From Acinetobacter wanghuae (GTDB lineage Bacteria; Pseudomonadota; Gammaproteobacteria; Pseudomonadales; Moraxellaceae), in contig NZ_CP045650.1 in the NCBI RefSeq assembly GCF_009557235.1, positions 2,640,001 to 2,672,000 on the forward strand: a DNA stretch of 32,000 bases. Reading direction: 5' to 3'. The notes below the pieces were generated by a model. The model was given only the letters and a program-made list of their open reading frames with translations. It was not told the DNA's origin and did no database searches. A program made the position numbers and the translations under genes. Positions 7,700 through 16,560 of this stretch are shown here, one piece after another. The first letter of the stretch is position 1; each line of letters opens with the position of its first letter.

Positions 7700-8068
7700 C
7701 TATTTAACGCGCTCAATATGAATCACATCAATATCGGTTGGTTTAGCACGATGGGTATCAACTTCACCTAAAACGCGGACTTTATCCCCCGCTTTTAAAG
7801 CCAGTGGTTTCCATAAATCATCATCGACATCAATTATGATTGAACCGGTCTTATCTTTGAGTTCAAAATCATCACTATCCGCTGTCGCTTGACGCACAAT
7901 TTGCCCAACCAATGTGACACCTGTTTCATCTTTTAGTTTTTTTGCTTGAGCAATGGTTACGACATTGGCTTTCGCTTCTTTTAAAACAGCGCTATCAGTT
8001 TTTGCCCAAGCGGTCGGTGTTAACATCGCAGCAGATAATGCAACGCTTGCCCATAAAGTTTTGCTCAT
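7700..8068 (-). CDS. YgiW/YdeI (BOF) family periplasmic OB-fold stress protein
   Basis: Signal peptide MSKTLWASVALSAAMLTPTAWA followed by a small OB-fold-like domain of typical size. An alternative ATG lies at 8086. Confidence 0.7.
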   Translation of the reverse strand: MSKTLWASVALSAAMLTPTAWAKTDSAVLKEAKANVVTIAQAKKLKDETGVTLVGQIVRQATADSDDFELKDKTGSIIIDVDDDLWKPLALKAGDKVRVLGEVDTHRAKPTDIDVIHIERVK

Positions 8069-8209
8069 ATTGCACTCACTCAACATATTCGATCTGTCTA
8101 TTTGAACAGTCTAATCCACTTTGATCAGCGCTATTTCTGTACAGCTCTAGCAACAATATGTAGCAAGCGATGATTGATGCTCAGATGAAATGGCATTCCA
8201 TTCATCACA

Positions 8210-8638
8210 TTATTTTTCAATCACATGATCAATGCTAAAACGACCTGCACCCAATAATGCTAGTGCAACAAAACCACCTGCCATAGCAACATTTTTCATG
8301 AGGTTAATCGCATCTTCTGCGCCACTATGAAATAGTAATGCAGTCACGATGCTAAAACCTGCTAATGCCAGCGCCATAATACGAGTTTGGAAGCCGAATA
8401 AAATCGCAAGTCCGCCACCTAGCTCAACTAAAATCGTCAACGGTAATAAACCACCCGGCACATCCATGGCTTGCATATAAGCAACCGTTGCATCATAACC
8501 TGCGATTTTGCCCCACCCAGCCACAATAAAAATGTATGCCAAGAAAACACGTGCAAGCAATGCCAAGCCATGATGCACAGTCGGATTTTTTAAGATATTT
8601 GCAGCAACAACATTCGGATTTAACATGTTCAAACTCAT
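8210..8638 (-). CDS. DoxX family inner-membrane protein
   Basis: 142-aa ORF with four hydrophobic helices and the DoxX-like N-terminal pattern LLARVFLAYIFIVAGWGKI. Confidence 0.75.
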   Translation of the reverse strand: MSLNMLNPNVVAANILKNPTVHHGLALLARVFLAYIFIVAGWGKIAGYDATVAYMQAMDVPGGLLPLTILVELGGGLAILFGFQTRIMALALAGFSIVTALLFHSGAEDAINLMKNVAMAGGFVALALLGAGRFSIDHVIEK

Positions 8639-8817
8639 TTATACATATTCAGAAGATGCACATATATTAAGCATCGCCAATAATTGAATAAAGCGGTGAA
8701 TATCATACTCTTCGTTGCATTTATAGGATGATAGAGTTGGAATTAATCTGCTTTTCCTACTGACATGTGCCTTGATCACTGATAGCATTTCGACACACTT
8801 AAGCTTGTAACGGCCTC

Positions 8818-9456
8818 ATGGAACTGATCGATTTTATCTTGCATGTTGATGACCATTTGCTTGAATTTATTACCCAATATGGGGTATGGATTTATGCAAT
8901 TTTATTCCTGATTATTTTTGTAGAAACAGGCTTGGTGGTTATGCCCTTCCTGCCCGGCGATAGCTTATTGTTTGCAGCAGGTGCATTAGCGGCTTCAACA
9001 GGTGTCATGGATCCGTGGGTACTGATTCCGCTATTATTCTTAGCAGCCGTACTTGGCGATACGTTGAATTATCATATTGGTCGTTATATTGGACCACGTG
9101 TCTTTGAAATTGAGTCGCGTTTTATCAATAAAAAGCATTTGATTGCAACGCAGCAATTCTTTGCCAAACATGGCGGTAAAACCATTATTTTTGCCCGCTT
9201 TGTGCCGTTCGCACGTACCTTTGCACCCTTTGTCGCAGGTGCAGGCAAAATGAATTACAAATACTTCCTCAGCTATAACGTCATCGGTGCATTTTTGTGG
9301 ATTACATCTTTTGTGATCCTTGGCTATATGTTCGGTAATATGCCCATCGTCAAAGACAACTTTACTCACCTGATTTTCGGCATCATTATTATTAGTGTGT
9401 TACCGGGCATTATTGGTTTTATTCGCCAAAAGTTCAAAAAGACGCCCGCTGCATAG
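8818..9456 (+). CDS. DedA (SNARE-associated) family membrane protein
   Basis: 212-aa ORF with DedA-type blocks FVETGLVVMPFLPGDSLLF and GKTIIFARFVPFARTFAPFVAG. Confidence 0.85.
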   Translation: MELIDFILHVDDHLLEFITQYGVWIYAILFLIIFVETGLVVMPFLPGDSLLFAAGALAASTGVMDPWVLIPLLFLAAVLGDTLNYHIGRYIGPRVFEIESRFINKKHLIATQQFFAKHGGKTIIFARFVPFARTFAPFVAGAGKMNYKYFLSYNVIGAFLWITSFVILGYMFGNMPIVKDNFTHLIFGIIIISVLPGIIGFIRQKFKKTPAA

Positions 9457-9459
9457 GCT

Positions 9460-10071
9460 TCAAGCGGATGATGAATGGAATAAATTGATTATCAGTGGAA
9501 TTAAACACAGCAATAAAAACAGCGCCGACCCTTTATAAATGAGGTCGGTTTTTATTTTCTCAGACTGCCCTGAGAGTACGGCTTGACCAAATGCCATCCA
9601 AAAAATAAATACGGGCAGAGTCACTAAACTAAAGGCCGCGAACACCAAGACAAAATTGGTCGGGTTGTCCCATGTACTACTCGGAAAAATCGCGGCTGCA
9701 AATAAAGCAGCTTTGGGATTTTTTAAGGTGGCAGCAAAAACTTGCCATGGGCGAATTTCGGGATGTTTTTTATTATGCAGTTCTAATTGATCCGCCTTAA
9801 ACAATTTAAACGTGAGCCAACCCACATAAACTGTACTACTAATATGAACCAAAGCAGCAAAATTTGGCCAAATGGGTGCTGCCAAATGAATCAATAATGC
9901 CCATACATTAATGGCATAAAAATACCCCAATAAAATCACAGGAATATAAAGACTGGTTTTTGCCTGTCCATGTTGATGCGCTGAGCTTGCAACCAGTGCA
10001 TTGCCTGCACCCGGTATCATTAGCACAGCAATGACAGCCAAAAGAAATAACCAATTTTCAACCATATACAA
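9460..10071 (-). CDS. LysE/RhtB family amino-acid efflux protein
   Basis: 203-aa polytopic membrane ORF with the N-terminal PGAGNALV pattern typical of the LysE family. It is convergent with dedA, with only 3 nt between the stops. Confidence 0.7.
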   Translation of the reverse strand: MYMVENWLFLLAVIAVLMIPGAGNALVASSAHQHGQAKTSLYIPVILLGYFYAINVWALLIHLAAPIWPNFAALVHISSTVYVGWLTFKLFKADQLELHNKKHPEIRPWQVFAATLKNPKAALFAAAIFPSSTWDNPTNFVLVFAAFSLVTLPVFIFWMAFGQAVLSGQSEKIKTDLIYKGSALFLLLCLIPLIINLFHSSSA

Positions 10072-10213
10072 TAGATATCCCAGTTTGTGGCGCTACATTA
10101 ACGAAAATAAAGCGCAGAGAACAAGATCTATTCAGCATAAATCTTGTACGTATTCGTCACAAAATATGACGAGTTTTTAGGGAATAAAAGCCCAAATATA
10201 TAAGCATAAGGGC

Positions 10214-10240
10214 AAAAAAGCTGGCATAAATGCCAGCTTT
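10214..10240 (-). terminator. Rho-independent terminator after the lipoprotein gene
   Basis: The minus strand reads AGCTGGCA-TTTA-TGCCAGCT followed by T6. Confidence 0.8.
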
Positions 10241-10261
10241 AAAATACGAAAAAGAGAACGA

Positions 10262-10654
10262 CTATTTGCTTGCTTTTTGACGAATAATAATTGGACAAGA
10301 TTTATAGCGTGCCGTTTCTACAATCGCTTCTTGTTCACCCAATACACGTGCAAGTTCAGTTTTTTTGGTATTTGAAGATTGTCCCATATTCACAGAAACA
10401 CTTGGACCAATGCCCCATCCACCATGACTACCAAAACCACCACCCAAGCCTACACCTACCCCAACACCAGTACGTTTTGGAGTGGTAACACCACCGTCAA
10501 TATAACGTTGAATGCGGTTGTATTCGCCTTGTAGTTGTTGGCAATTGAAAGATTGATATTTGGTCGGTGAAACATAGCTTGGCTTGACTGTACCTGCACA
10601 GGCACTTAACAAAGCCAAGGCACCGAGCGCAAAAGTTAATTTCAGCAGTTTCAT
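10262..10654 (-). CDS. Small glycine-zipper lipoprotein
   Basis: MKLLKLTFALGALALLSAC gives a signal peptide plus a lipobox (LSAC). The central segment GVGVGVGLGGGFGSHGGWGIG is glycine-rich. I prefer the ATG at 10652-10654; the track's TTG at 10672 overlaps the parA-like stop. Confidence 0.7.
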   Translation of the reverse strand: MKLLKLTFALGALALLSACAGTVKPSYVSPTKYQSFNCQQLQGEYNRIQRYIDGGVTTPKRTGVGVGVGLGGGFGSHGGWGIGPSVSVNMGQSSNTKKTELARVLGEQEAIVETARYKSCPIIIRQKASK

Positions 10655-10668
10655 AATCGACTCAATAT

Positions 10669-11505
10669 TCAATGTTTCTCTATCTCATTGAACAACGATA
10701 TATAGGCCTGAGTCAATTTATGATCTGTAGCCAAATGAATTAAAGGCAGATTTTTCTGATGGGATTCTTTCATTACAATTGATGGTGGCAACATGCTTTC
10801 AAGTACCGGTAAGCCTTCAGTTTTAAGCTGCTCGACCACTTCACGCGGCAATTTTGCCTGTGCCTGAAACTGATTAACCACAATGCCTTCAATCTCTAAA
10901 CGGTCATTATGATCATCTTGGGTTTCAATGACGTTTTCAATCAAGGTATGTAAAGCACGCTTGGAGAATACATCACAATCAAATGGAATAAGGACGCGAT
11001 CTGCCGCAATCAGTGCAGACAAGGTAAAAAAGTTAAATGCAGGCGGCGTATCAATAAAAACTCGATCATATTGCCCCGAGCACTGTTGCAAAGCATCACG
11101 CAGTTTATAAATTTTATGTTTAGACTCAAGTGCATGCCCAAGTGCACCAAGACTTGGACTCGCTGGAATCACATCTAAGTTCTTAAACGGCGATTGATGA
11201 ATATAGCCTTCTAAGCCTTTACTGCGACTTTTTAAAATCGAGCCAATAGCATTACCAATCAAGCCTTTGCTTTGCTGATTACCAAGCACATCTTCAAAAT
11301 AGTTTTCAATATTGGGTTCTAATGCTGGTTTATCGCCTGAGTAGGTCGCATCGTCGCCGAGTAAATACTGGCTCGAATTGGCTTGTGGGTCGAGATCAAT
11401 TAATAAGGTTTTCAGACCTTGATGGGCACTGATTGCCGCCAAATTAACGGTAATACTCGATTTTCCCACGCCACCCTTTTGGTTAAACACCACACGTGTA
11501 CGCAT
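10669..11505 (-). CDS. Orphan ParA/MinD-superfamily P-loop ATPase
   Basis: Deviant Walker A NQKGGVGKSS at the N-terminus, LLIDLDPQ, and Walker B VFIDTPP. There is no adjacent parB. Confidence 0.85.
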   Translation of the reverse strand: MRTRVVFNQKGGVGKSSITVNLAAISAHQGLKTLLIDLDPQANSSQYLLGDDATYSGDKPALEPNIENYFEDVLGNQQSKGLIGNAIGSILKSRSKGLEGYIHQSPFKNLDVIPASPSLGALGHALESKHKIYKLRDALQQCSGQYDRVFIDTPPAFNFFTLSALIAADRVLIPFDCDVFSKRALHTLIENVIETQDDHNDRLEIEGIVVNQFQAQAKLPREVVEQLKTEGLPVLESMLPPSIVMKESHQKNLPLIHLATDHKLTQAYISLFNEIEKH

Positions 11506-11571
11506 TAGAACCCCCTAAAATTTTATTATAAATATTTGATTTCTAGGACATGATTAAAACACGAAAAGGAA

Positions 11572-11970
11572 TTATCCAAAATTCGGTTTAATGATGACCA
11601 AAGCGACAATTGAAATAAGTGAAACAATTGCAATAAATAAGCCAGCTCGACGCTGAACCATCAATACCGCTTCATCTTTTTTATAGGCTTTTGCCAAAGA
11701 CGAAATCAGTACCAAGAATAAAATAACCTTGGCATAAAACCATGGCTGAACATCAAAATCTTTTAGCACTAAAGCAATAACCCCTGTCAGAGCGATCAAT
11801 GCCATGGCCAAATGTTGTAATGCCACCAATACAACACGACCTTTAGGATTGGGTAAATTTCCCTGTGTTCCCACAAACAAAGTTGTTGCACGCAAAACCA
11901 CAGCAATAATTGCAAGACTTGCCGCGCTCATATGAATAATTTTAATGATTAATTGAGTATCCATGAACAA
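11572..11970 (-). CDS. SirB2-like small inner-membrane protein
   Basis: 132-aa ORF with four hydrophobic helices, 3 nt downstream of the bolA-like stop. The family call comes from size and topology only. Confidence 0.5.
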   Translation of the reverse strand: MFMDTQLIIKIIHMSAASLAIIAVVLRATTLFVGTQGNLPNPKGRVVLVALQHLAMALIALTGVIALVLKDFDVQPWFYAKVILFLVLISSLAKAYKKDEAVLMVQRRAGLFIAIVSLISIVALVIIKPNFG

Positions 11971-11973
11971 TCC

Positions 11974-12294
11974 TTAAGCTTTAGGTGCATGTGCACATTC
12001 AGGGCTGGTCGTATCCTGATTTTTCCATTCTTCAGGCACAAATGCATGAATCGCAAGCGCATGAATTTTTCCAGGACTGAGTAAATCACCTGCCGCAGCA
12101 TAAATTTTTTGATGACGTTGCACCAAACGTAAGCCTGCAAATACGTCACTGACAATCACGGCTTTAAAGTGTGATTCTTTGCCTGGAAAATAACCACCAT
12201 GACCACTTGATTCATTGACCACGTCCAAATGAGTCGGGCAAAGCTGCTCTAAACGCTCAATTAACTGTTGTTCTAAGCTCAAAATTCGCTCCAA
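11974..12294 (-). CDS. BolA family protein
   Basis: BolA-type core ESHFKAVIVSDVFAGLRLVQRHQKIY...IHALAIHAF. The start codon is uncertain (TTG at 12294). Confidence 0.75.
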   Translation of the reverse strand: MERILSLEQQLIERLEQLCPTHLDVVNESSGHGGYFPGKESHFKAVIVSDVFAGLRLVQRHQKIYAAAGDLLSPGKIHALAIHAFVPEEWKNQDTTSPECAHAPKA

Positions 12295-12487
12295 AAAAAG
12301 AATTGCCTAAATATAGAGCTAGTATAGCGTGTTCTAGATGCTATTGCGCCTTTGCAAGAACTGAACTAAACACGTGAAATAATGATGATTTTTTCTTCAA
12401 AAACAGCATTAAAATACGAAACTTTCAGTTTTTTCCTTAAAATTGATTTTATTTTATTCAAACGATCTAAGTTTTTTCACAAAGGTG

Positions 12488-12515
12488 TTGACCTCATTTT
12501 CCCATCCTGTATTAT
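12488..12515 (+). promoter_or_regulatory. Sigma-70 promoter for the tRNA-Gly pair (TTGACC-16 nt-TATTAT) with an AT-rich UP-like region upstream
   Basis: -35 at 12488-12493 and -10 at 12510-12515, about 10 nt upstream of the first tRNA. An A/T-rich tract lies at about 12430-12480. Confidence 0.55.
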
Positions 12516-12524
12516 ACACGGCAT

Positions 12525-12597
12525 GCGGGAATAGCTCAGTTGGTAGAGCATAACCTTGCCAAGGTTGGGGTCGGGAGTTCGAGTCTCCTTTCCCGCT
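12525..12597 (+). tRNA. tRNA-Gly (anticodon GCC), copy 1; 3' CCA not encoded (genomic CAA)
   Basis: Folds by hand into a cloverleaf: acceptor GCGGGAA/TTCCCGC, D-arm GCTC/GAGC, anticodon loop TTGCCAA (GCC at 12558-12560), T-arm GGGAG-TTCGAGT-CTCCT, discriminator T. Confidence 0.95.
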
Positions 12598-12639
12598 CAA
12601 ATTTTTTAAGTGTAAGTTTTTGATAAAACTGCTCAATTT

Positions 12640-12715
12640 GCGGAAATAGCTCAGTTGGTAGAGCATAACCTTGCCAAGGTTGGGGTCGAGAGTTCGAGTC
12701 TCTTTTTCCGCTCCA
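12640..12715 (+). tRNA. tRNA-Gly (anticodon GCC), copy 2; CCA encoded
   Basis: Acceptor GCGGAAA/TTTCCGC, anticodon GCC at 12673-12675, T-arm GAGAG-TTCGAGT-CTCTT, discriminator T and then CCA. Confidence 0.95.
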
Positions 12716-12721
12716 AATTCT

Positions 12722-12757
12722 AAAAAAATCCCTCATCGAAAGATGGGGGATTTTTTT
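12722..12757 (+). terminator. Rho-independent terminator after the tRNA pair
   Basis: ATCCCTCATC-GAAA-GATGGGGGAT followed by T7. Confidence 0.85.
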
Positions 12758-12883
12758 ATGTCAATTTTATTGCATTGTTTAAAAATAACTTTCCTCTGAT
12801 GATTTTCACCCACACTCAAAACGAAAATCTTTCGACCTAAGCTAGGTTATAATGCATTCCTCCCCAAAGATGATTGATCCAAT

Positions 12884-13120
12884 ATGAACACATCCAATGA
12901 CCCTTTACACGGCAAAAAACTTGCTGACATTTTGGATGAGTTACTCGATTACTATGATGGTTTTGAAGGGTTAAGTCGTAAAATCGAAATTCGATGCTTC
13001 TGTATCGATCCAAGTGTGAAGTCATCATTGCGATTCTTACGCACCACACCATGGGCACGTGAAAAAGTCGAAAATTTATATCTGTATGTCTTACGCCAAA
13101 AAGCTAAACAAAAACCTTAG
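12884..13120 (+). CDS. VF530/DUF2132 family small putative DNA-binding protein
   Basis: 78-aa ORF. The pattern DPLHGKKLADILDELLDYYGFEGL...LRFLRTTPWAREKVENLY is recalled as the DUF2132 signature. Confidence 0.6.
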   Translation: MNTSNDPLHGKKLADILDELLDYYDGFEGLSRKIEIRCFCIDPSVKSSLRFLRTTPWAREKVENLYLYVLRQKAKQKP

Positions 13121-13303
13121 TTGTTGGTCGTCTTAGCTGCAGCATAAAATTTTATCGCAAAGCGTGAATGCTCTTGAGAGGGTAAAGATATCGATTGATT
13201 ATGATTGTAGATGTGAATATATCTGCTCTTTTCTAAAAATATCGTAATTGACAAAATCTGCTGAATACTCAAGGATAATGCTTACAATAAATGAGTATAA
13301 AAA

Positions 13304-14266
13304 ATGACAACCACAACTATTCGATATCAAACTGATATTTTAGGAAAAGGCTTTGAACAAGCCACTTTAGAATTTCCAGATGATTTTGAGGGCAAAGTCA
13401 TTGGCACTTTGGTCCGTAAAAAAGCCGATAAAACAACATCCAAAGCTGTGCTTTATATTCATGGCTTCGTCGATTATTTCTTCCAAACTGAAATGGCTGA
13501 ACGTTTTAATGCCGAAGGTTTTGACTTTTATGCTTTAGACCTACGAAAATATGGTCGCTCACACCTGCCCCATCAAAAATACTATAACGTGTATGACATT
13601 GCCGAATATGATGCAGAAATCACTGAGGCGCTGAATATTATTGGCAATGAAGGACACGATGCCGTTCTACTATGTGGACACTCCACAGGAGGTCTGACCA
13701 CGACTTTATATGCAGCACACCATCCCAATCATCCACTCATAAAAGCCTTATGGTGTAATAGCCCATTTTATGACTTTAATATGAGTCCCTTTGAAAAGAA
13801 ATTTGCGATTCCGAAAATGAGTGCATTGGGTAAACCCTTTCCTGACCTGCTATTCCCGAGTCGCTTAAATCGTTTTTACGTTCCAAGTCTACATATCAGT
13901 TACCACGGCGAATGGCACTTTAATCTTGAATGGAAAAAGCCGACTTATCATTTGGTGCGACTCAGTTTTGTACATGCGATTCATCAAGCACACAAGGAAA
14001 TCCATCAAGGAGTCAGCTTAAACATTCCTGCGTTAATTATGCATTCCTCAAAGTCGAGCTATCCTTTACGTTTTAATCATGATGCTCAAAGTAGCGATAT
14101 CATTCTTGAAGTTAAGGACATGATTAAGTATGCCAATAAAATGTCAGGTGATATCACCTTGTGCGGCATTCAAGATGGTTTGCATGACTTAGTCTTGTCC
14201 AAAGCACCTGTACGGGAAACGGTATATCAAGAACTCTTTCAGTGGCTAAAGTCTAAACATCTTTAA
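13304..14266 (+). CDS. Alpha/beta hydrolase (lysophospholipase/monoacylglycerol-lipase-like)
   Basis: 320-aa ORF with oxyanion HGF, nucleophile elbow GHSTGG, and a C-terminal D...H (QDGLHDL). Confidence 0.75.
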   Translation: MTTTTIRYQTDILGKGFEQATLEFPDDFEGKVIGTLVRKKADKTTSKAVLYIHGFVDYFFQTEMAERFNAEGFDFYALDLRKYGRSHLPHQKYYNVYDIAEYDAEITEALNIIGNEGHDAVLLCGHSTGGLTTTLYAAHHPNHPLIKALWCNSPFYDFNMSPFEKKFAIPKMSALGKPFPDLLFPSRLNRFYVPSLHISYHGEWHFNLEWKKPTYHLVRLSFVHAIHQAHKEIHQGVSLNIPALIMHSSKSSYPLRFNHDAQSSDIILEVKDMIKYANKMSGDITLCGIQDGLHDLVLSKAPVRETVYQELFQWLKSKHL

Positions 14267-14644
14267 TGACTTTGATCTTTAATCAGTCGATGCGTTAGAA
14301 CTCTCTAGCGCATTTCAATACGTGTTCAATTCACACGTATACATCTTTCTAGGTTAATGCTTTTATTGTTATTTTCTAGGTAATAAATATGTGAAGAATG
14401 TCATGTTATATGATGAGCCAATCAAAAATGAAATAGGCTTAAGCCCTTATTATTAAAATAATAAATTTTAAAAAATCCTCCAATTCTGTGTTGTCTTTTG
14501 TTGCATGCTTGTAAGTTATCAACTTCATTGAAACAAGCCTCTTTATATTAAGCAAAGTACTGAGCATGTTTAGCTCAGAGACCAAACTTTTCCTATCATT
14601 TTTAGCGCAATTTTTTAAATAACAATATAGATAAGGAACACATT

Positions 14645-16156
14645 ATGCGATATGCAGATCCCAATACAGACGGTGCAAAAATTCAATTTAAACAGCAATA
14701 TGAAAACTTCATTGGTGGCAAATGGGTTGCACCTGTCAAAGGTGAATATTTTGATAATATCTCGCCGGTCGATGGCAAAGTTTTTAGCAAAGTACCGCGT
14801 TCGAGTGTGGAAGATATTGAACTCGCACTTGATGCCGCACATGCTGCAAAAGCACAATGGAATAGCGCATCCCCGACCACGCGTTCCAATATTTTGCTCA
14901 AAATCGCAGATCGTTTAGAGGAAAACTTAGAACTTTTAGCTGTAGCTGAAACATGGGACAACGGCAAACCGATTCGTGAAACTTTAGCGGCAGATATTCC
15001 ACTTTGTATTGATCATTTTCGTTATTTTGCCGGTTGTATCCGCGCCCAAGAAGGTGGCATTTCAGAAATTGACGAAGATACCATTGCCTATCATTTCCAT
15101 GAGCCTTTAGGGGTCGTCGGTCAAATTATTCCATGGAACTTCCCGATTCTGATGGCGGCATGGAAAATCGCACCCGCACTCGCGGCGGGCAATTGCATTG
15201 TGCTTAAACCCGCAGAACAAACCCCTGTCAGTATTTTAGTACTCGCTGAGCTCATTCAAGATATCTTACCGCCCGGTGTTCTCAATATCGTGAATGGTTA
15301 TGGTGTGGAAGTCGGTCGTCCCTTAGCCACCAATCCACGTATCTCGAAAATTGCATTTACAGGCTCAACCGCAGTCGGGCAAATGATTATGCAATATGCC
15401 ACTGAAAATATTATTCCAGTGACTTTAGAGCTAGGTGGCAAATCACCCAACCTGTTCTTTGAAGACATCATGGACAAAGAAGATGATTATCTTGATAAAG
15501 CGCTTGAAGGCTTTGCCATGTTTGCCCTCAACCAAGGGGAAATTTGTACCTGCCCTTCACGTGCTTTGGTGCAAGAAAGTATTGCGGATGAATTTTTAGC
15601 GCGTGCGGTAGAACGTGTAAAACGCATTAAAACGGGACATCCTTTGGATACGACCACAATGATTGGCGCTCAAGCCTCACAGGAACAGCAAGATAAAATT
15701 CTAGGTTGTATTGCCACAGGGCGTGAAGAAGGTGCGCAAATTCTTACTGGCGGTGAGGCACGTCAAGAAGTTGGGCAAGGTTTCTATATTGAACCCACCA
15801 TCTTTAAAGGCACCAATGATATGAAAACCTTCCAAGAGGAAATTTTTGGACCTGTGCTTGCGGTCACCACCTTTAAAGACTTTGATGATGCGATCAAAAT
15901 TGCTAATGACACGATTTATGGTCTAGGTGCAGGTGTGTGGTCACGTTCAGCGCACACGTCTTATCGTGCAGGTCGTGCGATTCAAGCCGGTCGTGTATGG
16001 ACAAATTGCTATCACATGTACCCTGCTCATGCTGCATTTGGTGGTTATAAGAAATCAGGTATTGGGCGTGAAAACCATAAGATGATGCTCGATCATTACC
16101 AACAAACCAAAAACTTATTAGTGAGTTATTCGACTAAACCTGCTGGTTTCTTCTAA
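14645..16156 (+). CDS. NAD-dependent aldehyde dehydrogenase (ExaC/AcoD/AldB-like acetaldehyde dehydrogenase)
   Basis: 503 aa, colinear with Pseudomonas ExaC-type enzymes from MRYA...P to the C-terminal end GFF. Motifs present: FTGST, ELGGKSP, catalytic-Cys block [18 protein letters not shown]. Confidence 0.92.
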   Translation: MRYADPNTDGAKIQFKQQYENFIGGKWVAPVKGEYFDNISPVDGKVFSKVPRSSVEDIELALDAAHAAKAQWNSASPTTRSNILLKIADRLEENLELLAVAETWDNGKPIRETLAADIPLCIDHFRYFAGCIRAQEGGISEIDEDTIAYHFHEPLGVVGQIIPWNFPILMAAWKIAPALAAGNCIVLKPAEQTPVSILVLAELIQDILPPGVLNIVNGYGVEVGRPLATNPRISKIAFTGSTAVGQMIMQYATENIIPVTLELGGKSPNLFFEDIMDKEDDYLDKALEGFAMFALNQGEICTCPSRALVQESIADEFLARAVERVKRIKTGHPLDTTTMIGAQASQEQQDKILGCIATGREEGAQILTGGEARQEVGQGFYIEPTIFKGTNDMKTFQEEIFGPVLAVTTFKDFDDAIKIANDTIYGLGAGVWSRSAHTSYRAGRAIQAGRVWTNCYHMYPAHAAFGGYKKSGIGRENHKMMLDHYQQTKNLLVSYSTKPAGFF

Positions 16157-16171
16157 AGTAAAAATGTAATA

Positions 16172-16198
16172 AAAAGCGGACTTCGGTTCGCTTTTTTG
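16172..16198 (+). terminator. Rho-independent terminator after the aldehyde dehydrogenase gene
   Basis: GCGGAC-TTCG-GTTCGC followed by T6. Confidence 0.85.
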
Positions 16199-16560
16199 AT
16201 TGAAGCAAGATGTACTTTTCATGCTTAATTTTGCATTTTTTATTGAATTGAAATTTAAGTTTCCTAATAACAATACAAATTAAAATAAATCAGCACATTG
16301 AACATGCAAAATCATTCACGCCTTATGTCTCTTCTGTATATCTATTTATATTTTTATGCTTTTCAAGTGTTTAAAAAACAGCCTTAAAAGCACCGCTTTC
16401 AATTAAAGTTGGCTTTTAAAGCCGAACAAGACTGTGTATAACAATGAACCATACAGGGAAATTGATAAGCATAGGCAAAATCGCTCAAAAAGCGTTAGAC
16501 TATGCAACCAATAATGTCATGATTCGGTCTGAATAAGATCAAAACAAAAGGTGAAGGTTG

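Noticed and set aside
9454-9462. dedA and the lysE-family gene converge with only 3 nt between their stop codons and no terminator.
   Set aside because: This is compact but not unusual, and no structure or extra feature is visible.
12366-12381. Additional parS-like sites around other CACGTG cores (also 13051-13066, 9094-9109 and others).
   Set aside because: Only one half-site matches (about 10/16), so none approaches the perfect palindrome at 1275-1290.
12454-12736. Track ORFs 12454-12666 and 12536-12736 (minus strand, 70 and 66 aa).
   Set aside because: They lie directly antisense over the two tRNA-Gly genes. Their near-identical peptide repeats (DSNSRPQPWQGYALPTELFP) simply mirror the duplicated tRNA sequence.
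14440-14644. Sigma-54 (-24/-12) promoter upstream of the aldehyde dehydrogenase gene (TTGCA near 14504).
   Set aside because: No GG dinucleotide occurs at the required 10-nt spacing upstream of the GC element.
16497-16530. Fur-box-like AT-rich stretch (AATAATGTCATGATT) upstream of ribBX.
   Set aside because: It gives only about 8 of 15 matches to the Fur consensus by hand alignment, which is indistinguishable from background in AT-rich DNA.
16197-16557. Possible FMN (RFN) riboswitch upstream of ribBX.
   Set aside because: I read the 360-bp leader on both strands and found none of the conserved RFN core segments (for example GGGCAGGGTGAAATTCCC or CCGACGGT). A covariance-model scan (Rfam RF00050) would be decisive.
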